Notes: generated from the sequence alone by a model not told the origin. A DNA stretch of 64,000 bases from Lama guanicoe (GCA_013239625.1 MU054026.1:1-64000); one strand, 5' to 3'; shown: positions 10,673 through 23,481, numbered from the stretch's first letter. Numbers and translations: made by a program.

Positions 10673-13429
10673 TAGCTACCATATGACTCTTGCAAGGGAG
10701 AAAGGAAAAGAACAGGAGAAAGGATTTCATAACGAGAGACAAAGGGCATCACTGTTACTGGAGCCACGCATTGTGGGAAAGGAGGGGATGGCGGTGCACT
10801 GGCTTAGCTGTCTTCCTTGCTGACTTTCCTTAGAGTTTACTCCTCCTGCCCGGACCCTAAGTAACCAACCACATCCTTATGGATGCCGTTCCCCCTCCCT
10901 CCCAGTCCTGGTTCTGCTAAACACGTGTTCTTGCAGCCTCCCAAGACCGTGATAACAGACCCGTGTTCACACAGGACTGGGTGGGAGGATTGGTCCAAGG
11001 GTCATGCCTCTTCTCAGCCTTGACACTCTCCTCTCTTTACTGTCCTTCCCCATAGACACATCCTGCTCCCGGGTCTAGTGATAATTCCAATCCTGCTTGG
11101 CTTTTGCTCTCAAGTCTAATGCCTGGGTCTGACCCATGGACTCCAGTCTTGACCAGATCATGATCATGTCCATTCCTCTGACTCCTTTAGGACCATGGCT
11201 TCTGGAGAGTCTCTTTTGCTCCCAGCAGTGGCCCTGTGAAACCCCAGCCCAAGGGCTAAGAAATGCCCTCCCGATGCTGGCTGCTCGCCAACCAGTTAGT
11301 CCACCCAAATTTTATGTCATCGGCTTGTCCGTCTCTGAAGTTGCATTCTTCCTGTCTGCTGGGAGATCTTAATCTCTCCAAAGGGGATGTCACGCCTGGA
11401 TTAGAACCTGTTGCCGTGTTCCTGTGGTATCTAGTTTACTCCCTGAACCTACAGAAGAGTCATTCTCACTAGCATGTATTTAACCTAAATGGGAAGTGGG
11501 GACCTGGTTTCTGGCCCTGCCTCCTTCTGCTCGTCCTGGACTTCTGAACTCGAGCTTTGTCCTGTGATTTGAAAATTAGAGGCCATGGCCCAGAACGGCT
11601 GATTAGAAGGTAACTCGCATTTCAGTTGTACCTTGATGACGATGTGCCACAGAGTAGGTTGGACCACGGGAGAGAAATAGCAAAGACCTGACAGAATACC
11701 ATTAGGGGTCCATGCACACGGAGCCTCAGGAAGCTGTCCTGCAGGTGCAGACGGACAAGACAGGCCCAGAGCCCTACGGGGGGCTGCCTGAGATGCACCC
11801 AATGCCGAAGCTCTCCAGACTGCTCCTTTATGCCCTAACGTGTTCCTTCTTCAGAATGCACCGGCTCTGTTATCACACATGCCCTCATCCAGTTGCAAAT
11901 GGTAAAATTTACAACTCGTTGTGGTTTGATGTCCCACTGATCTTAAAGATACTTGACAACTTCTCACAGAAAGAACACTGAAAGGAATGGCATATAAATG
12001 GGGCATTTTGCCAGGCACCGAAGGCTGTCGATTGATGACAAAGGAGCAACTACATGGATGATGCTGAGCCCCTGAGATGGGGCAAGAGGGCCTGGGGGAG
12101 GAAGACTGTGGATGGGCGGCAGCCGTGGCTGTCATGGGAATGACTGTAAACAGGAGGAACTTCACTCTGCAGCCTCACTGCCTGACAAGCTCCCAGAAAC
12201 AGAAAAGACTACTGCTCTCGAAATTCTCCTCTGTATCCCCTCTGATTGCTCCATGCCAAATCATTCTTGAGTTTTCCCTAGAACTTCTGAAAAGTTCAGA
12301 ACTGAACTCTTGTGACTGAGCAGCATTTCCTCAACTGTGAAATGCTACAGACGATTTTAGGTGGTGCACGAGTTTGGCAAACGAAATTAAATCACACAGT
12401 AAGAAAGTTATTCCCTTTTCAATTCTCTTTTCATCCTTCCATGATGCCAAGGGTAAATTCTCAGTCTGAAACTGCACATTTTTAACACATCTCAAACACT
12501 TTCTTTTCTCCCTTTTTTTTTTTAGCAAGAAAGTACAGACTTGAAACTCAGAGCTTTTTGACAAGCAATATTGTGTTCCCATAAATTAATAATGCTATTT
12601 AATTATATTATAGTTATTTTCATCCTTATTGCCCTCTTATGGAAAGTAACATCAGTCATGTATTTGAGGTAGTGTAGTCAAGTTTTCTTTTAAAATCAAG
12701 CTTTTAATTTTAAAAAAAATGCATAGGTTTGAAGGAAATTTTAAATAAATGATAGATGGGTGGTGTGCGGCAGTCAGCATGAGAGAAATACTGATGGTGA
12801 TGTGTAAATAACAGAATGGGACTGAACACTGGCTTGGGTCACATTCCCAACATTTCCACCGTCTTGCGGGATTTCTCTCACTCACCATTTTTGGCCTTTT
12901 CGCTCTCCTTTTGTCCAAAAGAATATTTCAGTTGAAGCGCGCCTTGATTGACTTGGCAGTAAGTACGCAAACCCCTAGCGTTCGTGCATTTCCTGGCAGT
13001 GCTACAAGTACCCCTAAAAGCTCCGGTGCACACAAAGGAATGAGAAGTGAGCCCGAGGTGGGGGGAACCCAGCATCCTTTGCCTTCAGCAGAGAAGAAGG
13101 CGGAATGGGAACGGGGGAAGAAACATGTCGACACAGGGTGGAGAATGTATGTCCCTTGGAGCCTCCCCCTCCCCCTTACTATCTCCACTTGCACAGAAGA
13201 TGGGGCTGGGGGGCAGGAAGACCACAGCCCATGTGTTTGGGTAATTGCTTTCTCAGAATGAAACGACATCTTCTGTTTGTTTCCCTTCCCCTCACCTAAG
13301 ACACCAGCATACTGCACCCCCATCACCACCCACTGAAATCTGCATGTATAAATCCTTGCAGGCACAGTGAGACCTTGTTGGGTTCGGGCTGTTGTTTCTA
13401 AAAAGAGTGTAAGGGGACGTAGAATGTAA

Positions 13430-13610
13430 GTGAATCAAGCCCTCAGCTAGCATTTAATTGATAAGAACTAAAGCTAATATTAGATAACAAATAAATGGTC
13501 TGTTGCACAGGCATTTAATTAAACACCAAATTAATGCAGTAATGACCTACTGGAACTAACAGCCAGGAATGCCTTACTGCGCGCCAGCATCTGGCCGCTT
13601 ACACCTTCCA
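13430..13610. promoter_or_regulatory. Candidate conserved enhancer (homeodomain-site cluster)
   Basis: Dense TAAT/ATTA cores (tttaattg, ctaatattag, ttaattaa, aattaatg, gtaatg) in repeat-free DNA. Confidence 0.4.
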
Positions 13611-14625
13611 GGCCCCTCCTCCTTCCCCCGCCTCCACGGACAGATACATTACGGAGAAATACATTCACTCATATCCTCCGTCCTCGTGTGTTCCAGTCCC
13701 AACGCATCACGCTTGATAATCCCCTTGGCCCAATGAGGCTGGACCATTCAGCCAACTCTCTACCAAGTCTCCCCTACCCTATGCCCCAGACCTCAGCATT
13801 TGGGGCTGTTTGAAACCCCAGTCTTGTAGCCCTTGGCTGATCCCACGCTGCCTTGAAGATTAATTGCAGATGGTGTTTTAGGTAATGGTCTTGGGGAAGA
13901 GCATGCAGAATCTTGAAGGGGAGTGAAGAATCAATACAGGGCTTTGTCTGGGCCTCTCCAGGAGATTTCAGTCACACAATAAAAACACAATAGGGACAGG
14001 AGATGAACTCCACGCATATTCCCTCCACTCACCCCTCTTGGCTTCCACACAGCTCCTCTGGCTGTGCTCACACTGTCTCCGTGCCTCCTCCTGTCCATGA
14101 GGCAGAGATTTTGGAACACCTCTTGCATGTGCAGACCTCACACACAGCCCCAGGTATGCTACAGTCCTCTTCTGCTCCGTGAGACCTTGCATTCCCCTCC
14201 TGGACACAGAGTCTGAGCCTTTTTAGGGTCACCTTCCAAGTTCTTTGTCCTCCTAACCACAAACTCACTTCCATGAAGAAGCCACCTCTAGCAGCCAACA
14301 GCATTATGTCAATGCATTCTTCCAATTCTGGGCCTAAATGGAGGCAACTTCACTGGAACAGAAGTAGGATTTCTGGATCCAGTGGGGTCTAATTCCTCCC
14401 CTTTGAGAGCTGAGAAAGAAAATTTTAGCTTCTGTATTATGTCTGTACTTACCAATATGCAGTCCCTGACTTAAGGGGTTCCTACACAGAGCAAGCTTTT
14501 AATGTGTATGGATGGATTTGTTCCCCGAACTACCATCTGCCCACTTCTCAGACATGATCTTAAAGTGATTTTATAAATTGAGTTAAACCCCACTGACTCT
14601 AGCAAGAACAGTATACAGTGAAAAA

Positions 14626-14626
<1 letters not shown>

Positions 14627-14672
<46 letters not shown>

Positions 14673-14810
14673 ATCTAGCTCTCTGTTAATCTATGCATCT
14701 GTCTGTCTGTCTATCTATCTATCATCTATCTCTCTGTCTATTAATCTATCTATGCATCTATCTGTCTGTCTGTCTATCCATCTATCTGTCTGTCTGTCTG
14801 TCTATCTATC
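14627..14810. repeat. Compound (TCTA)n/(TCTG)n microsatellite
   Basis: Directly visible. Confidence 0.97.
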
Positions 14811-15386
14811 ATCACAGGTTTTAATGTTAGAATATGCCCCACCTCCTTTGCAGGGCTCTCCTCTCTACCACACTCTATTCCTTTTGCATCACAATATCCT
14901 TCCCAATCTCAGCCTACTTCCACCTCCCCTTTGGGATTTTCTCTCCCTCATCCTTCCCTAGAACTTCCCATGTGGATCTCCATGCATTCCAGACCATTCC
15001 TGCCCCCTGGGGTTAGGAGTCTGAAAGTTGATAGTAACTGAAATGAACTTTTTGGGGTTAATTTCCTCTTGTGAGGATACTGAGAGGAGCAAACCTGTAA
15101 GGGTGGGGTGTCCTGAAAAACTCAAGATGAATGGGGGGGTATCAGAGGTCTGACGGCTTTCAGGCATCTTTTAACATCCTGTGTCTTGTTTTTTTCTGAG
15201 TAGAATTTGTCCTATCCAAGTGGGAGAGGTAAAGTCAAGGGAATCATATCCACAGCTAATGGCACCACTGGATCCATGCATATGTGACACCTTCTGGGTG
15301 ACCGAGAAGTAATAACGGCTAATTTTTGTTGAGGACTTACCACGTGTTGGGCACTGCGCTAACTTTTAGGGAAATATTTATACACA

Positions 15387-15733
15387 CAGTCGTCATTCTC
15401 TGTTCACAGGACTCCTCTGCGGATATTGAAACCCAGCGATGCTCAAGTTCCTTAAATAAAATGGTGTTGTGTTTGCATATAACCTAAGCACATCCTCCCA
15501 TATACTTTCAATCATCTCTAAATTACTTATAATACCTAATACAATGGAAATTCTATGCGAGTAGTTGTGAGAACAGTGTAAATGCCGTGGGAATAGTTGC
15601 CTGTGCAGGGCAAGTTCAAGTGTTATGGAACTTTCTGGAACTTTTTTTTTCAAATTATTTTCGACCTGAAATTGGTTGAATGTGTGAATGTGGAACCTGT
15701 GAATGTGGAGCCCACGATATGGAGGGCCAACTG
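15387..15733 (+). mobile_element. MER2/MER2B-like Tigger (TcMar) non-autonomous DNA transposon
   Basis: cagt...gatgctcaagttccttaaataaaatgg...gcatataacctaagcacatcctcccatatacttt...tacttataatacctaatacaatg...gatatggagggccaactg. Confidence 0.9.
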
Positions 15734-16234
15734 TGTATATAATACTTTTGTATGAAACACCCCACGTATGCCCAACACCCAGTTTTTCCATAACTGCCTT
15801 TGTCTTGCGACTTATTAAGTGGTTGAGTAAAAGCACTTTCTACAGGCCTTTTAATTTCCTAAATCATTCTTCACGTCACTTGTTGCCTGATAACACCTTC
15901 TGTAAGATAAATTGGGCAGGTTAGTTACTATCCCTTTTGAAATAACTGTCCTAAGCCCAGAGAGGCTTAAAAATCACACAGCGATTTAGGACTGAAAGTA
16001 GAGAAAAAAAAAAAAACCTGACTTCCAGAACCAGGTGTTTTTTCACGTTATCACATTATCCTCTGCCTTGAGAGGTTGCTGTGCACAGGGTTGAAATAAG
16101 CTGCCTGGGAAAAGGCAATCGTGTAATAAATTTTAAAGATAAATAAAGAGATATTAAATTGTCTCCTCTAATTTTTGCTTTTCAGTCGTATGTTTTATCC
16201 CAGGATAGCAAATTGTTTACAAGCAATTACAGTA

Positions 16235-16400
16235 ATTAAGCATAAATACACCCCAGCGAGGCAAATATTATTATCCACATTTTAACAGATGGGAAAGCAG
16301 AAGTGGAGAGAGCGGGAATGACCTGCACAAGGCCAAAGAGGGTGTCTGCCAGACACAGGAAGGGCCTGGAGCCTCGGGTACCGCACGCGTGTCCTCCCAC
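16235..16400 (-). mobile_element. MIR
   Basis: tattattatccacattttaacagatgggaaagcagaag...gacctgcacaaggcca. Confidence 0.7.
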
Positions 16401-17521
16401 CCTGGGCGACCCCCACGCCTTAAAGAAAGTTTGACTTGTGAAAATTGGAGAAGAGAGGATGAAGGTGACAGGTGACAATGCCAGGGAGAGAGATGCTAGA
16501 AACAGCAATGCAAAAGGGGATGGTCTGAGAGATGCGAAGTGACCCAGCTCCGTCCCTCAGAAGCAACCAAGACAAGGCCCAGGCTCATCCCAGGGCAGCT
16601 GGAGGTTAGCAGCAACAGTCAAAAATGGCAGACGAGTGTCTCCTCTCAGAAATCAGGTGGCCAAGCTTTTCTCAGCGCTGCATCTTGAGAATGAGCCTGA
16701 GCCCGTAAAGTGAAGATTACTGGAACCACAGAAAGAGACGACGTGCTCATGATGAAGATGCAATTGCCCCCTCTGAAGGACTTTGGAATTTGTGAGTCAA
16801 ATGTACAGTTGCATTCATATTAGGAAAGTCACATCCAGGGGCAGATGCTGAAAGACGTGAAGGCTAACTCTGTGTGCTGCGTCTTTCTGCCCATTATCAC
16901 ATTTGACAAACAGGTTGAACTCAGGCAGAAAGCGGATGGCCAAATAGACTAAGACAGAAATGAAACAACGATGTTAAGAGTTAACAAAAACAAACCTGAA
17001 ATGAAAAGTCGACAGGCGAGGCTCCTGAAATCAGCAGTGAAACCAAGGAAAATAACGGTTGCATTTTTCTGTTGAAATATTTGGGAGTTTTTTTTTATAT
17101 ATACTACTTGTCATCACTTATCAATGTAAGGTAGATGCAGCATGGAGTTCAAACAGGAGGAGCTGTGAAAGGCTCCCTCGGACAGCTTCATGAAATCATA
17201 CAGAGAGGACAGAAAAGTGTCCACACACCCATTTCTACGGAGAAGTAAACGTTTATTTCTTGCACTCACCATTTCTACAAAAATGTATATAGCCATCTTA
17301 CACCAAACATAGGAGAGGGAGAGAGAGGGAAAGAGAGAAATAAATAGGAGAGGGAAAGAAAGAGTGAACAGCATCTCCAATCAGACCTCAGTGGGCTGCA
17401 CCCATCCCAGAGAGCCAGCTGGGAGCAGGATGTGCACATCTCATCTTCAATGTTCTCAGAAGCAAGAAGGTATTAAGAAGGGTATGCACCCTCCTGGAGA
17501 ATCTATATAAATATATTTTGG

Positions 17522-17659
17522 TTTTTTTTTTTTGCTTTTATGAGGAGGAGGTAATTAGTTTTATTCATCTATTTGTATTTGGAGGAGGTACTGGGGATTG
17601 AACCCAGGACCTCGTGCGTGCTAAGCATGTGCTCTACCACTTGAGCTATACCCTCTGCC
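17522..17659 (-). mobile_element. tRNA-derived camelid-type SINE (vic-1-like), full length
   Basis: Minus strand reads gagggtatagctcaagtggtagagcacatgcttagcacgcacgaggtcctgggttcaatccccagtacctcc (A and B boxes) plus A-rich tail; 20-bp TSD with 2 mismatches at 17502-17521 and 17660-17679. Confidence 0.92.
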
Positions 17660-18649
17660 TCTATCTACATATATTTTGGCCAATATTGGGACAAGTGTGC
17701 ACTGTCACTACCTGTAATGAAGTAACCAACAGATTCTTAAAAATCTTTCAGGGGAAAAAAAATTTAAATGTCAGCTGAAATACACCATTCTAAGTCTTTG
17801 GCATTATGACACTTAAAAGGCTCAAAACTTATTTTTGTCTTAGAGCTTTTTCCTCTTTAACTCCCACCACTCTCCAAAAAAATGGTGAGAGAAATAAGTA
17901 AGACAGGGAAGTTGTGTGGCATGTCACCAGTTAAAGAGGCATTCCTACTTAGCAGTAAATCTTTACATGTTAAATAGAAATAATCTCAAAATCAGAATAG
18001 ACATAAATAACACAAAACAGGCTGACAAGAAGAATAGAAGTTGGCTGTCCAATCTCTTATTCCTATGATGTTTTTGACTTGTAATTATGGCTTTTTAGAT
18101 TCAGCCATGTGAATGCCAGGGAAACAAAGCCACCAGCCGAAATGAAGGAGTAGGTGCACGGATGAATGAATGAATGAATGAATGTATCACAAATAGTTTG
18201 ACCCTTGCTCTATTTACACCAGCTAGGCAATTTAGGGAATTTGATGTTTGAAACCTGATCCCTGTCTTAGACTGTTCCGCCATCGCCCCTCCTCCCATAA
18301 CATGAGACCTGTCAATCAGCGTTTGGTTGTGTCCATGCTGAGACATAAACATAATACTGTGCAGTATCTGGCAAGCAGGCTATGATGCCGAAGTGGCCCC
18401 TTTGGTTATTATCATGCAGGAATCTGGGTTTGGGATAGCTCTGATTTCCACCTTGTATCCTAGCCACCAAATCACTTCCCTATACAAGGGTTCATCCATC
18501 ATCAAAGCACTGGACACTGGTCTGGATAGCGTGGTTTCCCAGACCTTTGAACACAAGCGGTCGATGTGTAATGGCGTCGCCACCTTCCATCTCACTGGAG
18601 AAGAAGAGGCCCCTCTGGAAGCAATTACCAATCCTGATGGTCAGTAGGT

Positions 18650-19150
18650 AAGCGACAGCTCCTGTTCCCAGGACTGTATTTCAGCAATATGACCAATCGT
18701 CTCCATTTTGTACAGCTGGTCATCTACTGCACACCTAAAAGAGAATGTTGCAATAAAGGGAGCATCTAATCACCTCCCCAGTTGCTGAATCTCCAAACTG
18801 TCAATGTGATATTTGAGCAAAGTCACAGCTACACTCGGTAGATTCTCCCAGATTCCAACTCATGGGTCTGAATCGGGTTTACTGCGTCCCAAACCTCTCT
18901 GGTACTTTTCTGTTTTCCCAAACACTTTATAATCATTAGCATCACATAGTGACACCGTACATTTTCTGGACAGCCAATGAAAGGAAACTCCTGTAGTAAA
19001 TTGGACAACTATTTCTTTCAATCTCCCTCTTTGACATCCAGAGGATGGAGGTGGTTTAGGACAGGTGCCACCGGCTATGCAATTATGAAGATTTAATTGG
19101 TTTATTTCCAAGCCAGCTGCCACATCTTCCTTTGCTGGTCAATATTTTAA
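18650..19150. promoter_or_regulatory. Candidate conserved non-coding element(s)
   Basis: Repeat-free block with E-box (cagctg), TGACAG (ctgtca), CCAAT and TAATT cores; inference only. Confidence 0.3.
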
Positions 19151-22100
19151 ATTTCTTCCACACCCCTCCTGCCTAGAGAACACGGATAGGGATTTAGGGA
19201 AATCAAAATTAACTTCTAATTAGAAAAGCAATGAGGGCTGATTGTTGATTGATCTATCTATTTATTTAATCTATTTATTTGATAATGAACGCAAAAAAGG
19301 GGGGAGTTTCTGTTCTTCTCCTTGTCGCATCACCCATTCTCTCTCCATCTTCAAAACAGAGCCTCAAATGCATTCGAGATACTAGTTTCTTTTATAGTTT
19401 TACCAGTTCTCCCACCTGGACAGACCTATTTCTTTTCTCCCAGCTGTGATGGAGAAAACATCAAGATGATCGACAGTCATTGTTCAGTCTCCTTTTATGA
19501 TTTGAGAATGTGCCACCTTTCACCGTGTAGCAGTCATTCTCTCCGGGACGTGTGGCACTAACAAGTCCTAACAGCCTAGGTGGGTGGAGTTTGTCCCTAA
19601 ACGGATCCATAACTGACTGTGGTGTCATGGCCACACACCTCACTGAGAAAACAAGACTCAAAACTCCCCTACAGAGGGTGGTAGTCTTAATAAAATACAA
19701 ATCTGGCCCTGACCCCCTTCACTGCATGCTACTGTGGATTTGCTGCCCAGTGGGGCCCCCTGGCCCCCAGGATCTGACTCCCACCACCCCGGTCTCATGG
19801 CTCAAGTTTCCCTGACACTACCTTTGTGTAGCAGGGACACCAAACTGCATGTCATCCACTATTCCCCCAACACTCGTAACAACTCCAAGTACCTTCCATA
19901 CTGAACATGCGACATCTTATGTCTCTGCCACGCTGAGCCCTCCCTTCAATCTGGTACAATCTGAGTTTGTTCCAGATAAGCAGGGGCAACGCACAGGGCA
20001 TTTTCTGATTTATGGTTCCTTACCAAACAAAATGAAAACATAACGCCATGAAATTTTCATTAAGAAACACCAAAACTTTTTTTTGTATGAAGTTGAATTT
20101 TCTATATCATATGCATGTATAAATCAAGACATAAACCCCCTTAGCAAAAGTCTTCCTGAACATCAAACTCTAAATAGATTTTCTCAGGTCACAGTTTGTA
20201 GAAAGAGTTGCTTAAAAGTAGAAGAAAAAAAATCTAGATGGACAATCATTGAACAATTATTTAATCCGTCTAATAAATTTCTTTTTGCACAAAAATGACA
20301 GAACTCAGATCCAAAATGCCTGGGGTATACCCTCAAAAATCTCACAGTCGAGCCAAGGTGGAATCCCCATTAATGATCGCATTATAAAGTGGCATGCGTG
20401 AAGAGCCAAGTGGGTGATGTATGAACGATGAATGCAGCTGGGAGAGATACAAAGGAAACTGAACGCTGCAAATGGAAGGATGACATCGTCACACGTCCCA
20501 AAGCATCCCCTGGTAGTTTTTTTGAGCAACGGTGTAACTGGGGGAGATGAGCTTAGGGTTTCAATGAATCTAACTGAACAGAGGGCTTGTGTTGGAAAAT
20601 GGTGATGGGAAATCTGGAAAGCAGAAACATGGTTGCTTCTGTTGATTCCACGTATTGTCTCCGCGTACTTTCACATCAACACAGCACTACACTTGTGGTG
20701 ATTCGTGACTCCTCTTTTGTCTATCTTTGACCTTCAGATCCGCTTTCCCACCTGTATGTGACGTTTAGGCATGGACCGGGTGCATGTTCATTAGCTAATG
20801 ACTCTGCTTCGTCCGACCATCCATAAGGGTGAAGCTCATCATGACCAAGCAACGTGAAGGGTTTCCCTATCACAGCATAACCATCAGGGAGATGGAAATG
20901 CCAACAACCTCTGACCTTAGCAGTTGTTTCTTCTCCATTTGGAGGTTAACTTACTTTGCCATTAGAGTCTCAAAATAAATGCACCTTCAAAATGTATACT
21001 GCCATCGGCCACAAATTTCAATTCACTTTTTCCCTTGTTGGCTACCACATTCCATTTCTCAGCTTCCCAGACTTCCAGGATGAGATAAAGCAGACATCAT
21101 GAGGATATACACTCAGCCATGCCTGCATGGAGGATAAAGAAAGCCAGGAATCTAGAATCAGAAGCCCTTTATGATCTAAATATAATCAAAATCTAAATAA
21201 ATAATATAGTCTTTTATTTTTATGAATATATTGACATCTAATAATCATTAGCCACACTGAAAACATAGACTGAGAGCAGAGCCAACTTAATATCTATGAG
21301 ATGGTGTTCATGATCTGAATTATGGCTTAAATTAATAACTGCGTATCCTATGATTAGACTGAGAATAGGAAAAGTTTATAGACTTAGTATCTACAATGTT
21401 CATGTTATACAGAAATGTCTTAGTTTTTAATTTTACTTTTTTTCTTGCCCTGACAGCCTTCAAAATATAATATCCTATTTCAAGACATTACATCTAAAAC
21501 TATCTTCTTAAAAGTTTTTAACAGTTGGGCGCAGGGATGTGACTCTTGGAAGATTCTTTCCATCACCCCATTTTCCATTTTCTGGAGCTACTTCACATCT
21601 CTGCTTCTTAAGATTCCTTTTCAGTACACACTAGAAAGACGTTCTTGAACTTGTCCACAGCTATTTCTAATTTGTCTGATCTTCATCAGTCAGTTTAAAG
21701 GAGCATAAAATGTCATCTGCCTCATCCGTCACCGTGTGTGTGTGTTAATGTATTTATCTGATTCACTTCCCCTGACTCGTCTAAGCGTGATGCAGTGCTG
21801 AATCTTTCCCATCTCCTAATTTATTTCAGTCACTCCTTGGGTGTACTGGAGCTGAATTTCTCAGGTACACTCGTCTGAAAATATGTCAGGCTCCAACAAT
21901 TCTATAAGCAATTATCATCCTAATAGCCTACAAGTCCTGTTTTGTATATTCACTGTTGGTTTAGTGCCAGGCAGAGGTCCATTTCCCCCTGAGCTCCCAG
22001 TTTAGTACTTTTGGGAGCCTTCTCAATGGAAAAATCATTGTCTGACTCCTTTAGGATGCCTGGAGATGGTTAGCGATGCCGTATCAGCATGCGGGGCTGA

Positions 22101-22784
22101 TACAGACGCAGATAATGACATCTGCTGTACAATATGGCCACGGTTGCTACTACTGAAAAATTCAGCTCAACCTCCTATTGCAGCTGACATGGTGGAATGG
22201 CATGGTCAGGACTATTTTGTTCTCTGGCTCAGAACAGTGTCAGGAGACCCTCTTGGTTGTCACACCACCAGCACCATGATTGCTTCAGAATCTAACATCA
22301 TCATGATTACTTCTGAATCTGCATGCTGATTATGCGAGGTCTTGTGCATATCAAGAGGCAGAGTGATGTCATGAGAAACAGCCTCCGGTGAATAACGTAA
22401 GTGGTCTAAGTGCCACAGGATTCCAGAGTGGCAATGGGGTAGTCAGAGGAGACACCAAGATGCCAGGCAGCTGGTGGAGCAGGAGCTGGGAGGGGCATGG
22501 GCAGATGTGCGGGAGGTTGAGAGTGACCTGGCAATGATGTGGCCGTCACTCTGTGCTGGGAATAATCTGTAGGCAAACCACTGATGAGAAGGGCTTAGCG
22601 AGAGGAACGTTGGAAATTAACACTGTGTAAGTGGAAATTCTGGCCATGGAAGGTTTTGAATTGGGGAGTATAAATTTTGGTTTTGGGCGAGAAGAAAGTA
22701 AGAGACATGGGCACTCAAGATACGCCCTTCATCCTGGAACTAATATGTCCTCAGTATGAAAGATTTCCTAGCAGGCGTCTCATC

Positions 22785-22880
22785 CAGTCTTTCATTCATT
22801 CACTCAGCAGAGGGCTTCTGAGTGCTTCCTGTGTGCCAGGAACCTTTGTAGGTGCTGGGAAACAGCAGAGAACATCTCTT
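22785..22880 (-). mobile_element. L2 3' end
   Basis: ttcattcattcactcagc...tgagtgcttcctgtgtgccaggaacc...aggtgctggga. Confidence 0.75.
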
Positions 22881-22891
22881 TTATTATGGAA

Positions 22892-23481
22892 TGCATTGGT
22901 TTGCTTGGGCTACCATAACAAAACACCATGGATCGGGTGGCTTAAAGAACGGGAATTCATTCTTTCCCAGTCCCAGAGCCTGCAAGTCCAAGATCAAGGT
23001 AGTAGGGACAGTTTCCTCTGAAGCCTCACTTTCTCTCTTGCATGTGACAATCTCTTCTTACCTCATCACCTGGCCATCTCTCTGCTGCACCTAAACACCT
23101 GGTGTCTCTTCCTCTTCTTAAAAGGACACCAGGCACATTGGATCAGGGCCCCACCCTAATGGCCTCATCTTAACTTAATTGTCTCTCTTTTTCCCTTTTG
23201 TTAAAAATTTTTTCTCTTTTCAAAAATATTTCTCTTTTTAAAATTCTTTTTCTTTTTAAAAAATTTTTGGTGGTTGGGGGTAATTAGGTTTATATATTTA
23301 CTTACTTTTAGAGGTGGCACTGGGCCTTATGCATCCTAAGCATGCACGTTACCACCTGAGCTATATCCTCCCCCCAATTGCCTCTTTAAAGACCTAACAT
23401 CCAAATATTGTTATAGAATGAGATGCTGGGGTTGGGACCTCCACATGTGAATATGGGAGAGATACAATTCAGCTTGTATCA
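22892..23481 (-). mobile_element. MLT1 (MLT1A/B-like) solo LTR
   Basis: TG...CA termini, perfect 5-bp TSD tggaa (22887-22891 and 23482-23486), MLT1 motifs (aagtccaagatcaagg, gggccccaccctaatggcctcat). Confidence 0.9.
23190..23375 (-). mobile_element. vic-1-like SINE nested in the MLT1 LTR, B box deleted
   Basis: taagcatgcacgttaccacctgagctatatcctcccc and gggtaattaggttta; flanks aattgtctct (23177) and aattgcctct (23376). Confidence 0.85.

Noticed and set aside
11631..11687. Minus-strand exon candidate (cag|GTCTTTG...CAAG|gtacaa)
   Set aside because: Weak donor and short pyrimidine tract; no recognisable peptide.
12665..12673. tgaggtagt, matching the let-7 5' end
   Set aside because: Only 9 nt match and there is no precursor hairpin.
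13627..13647. REST/RE1-like ccacggacag
   Set aside because: The left half-site TTCAGCA is absent; only a partial match.
15393..15836. 147-aa ORF
   Set aside because: Reads through the MER2-like non-autonomous transposon and is not a transposase.
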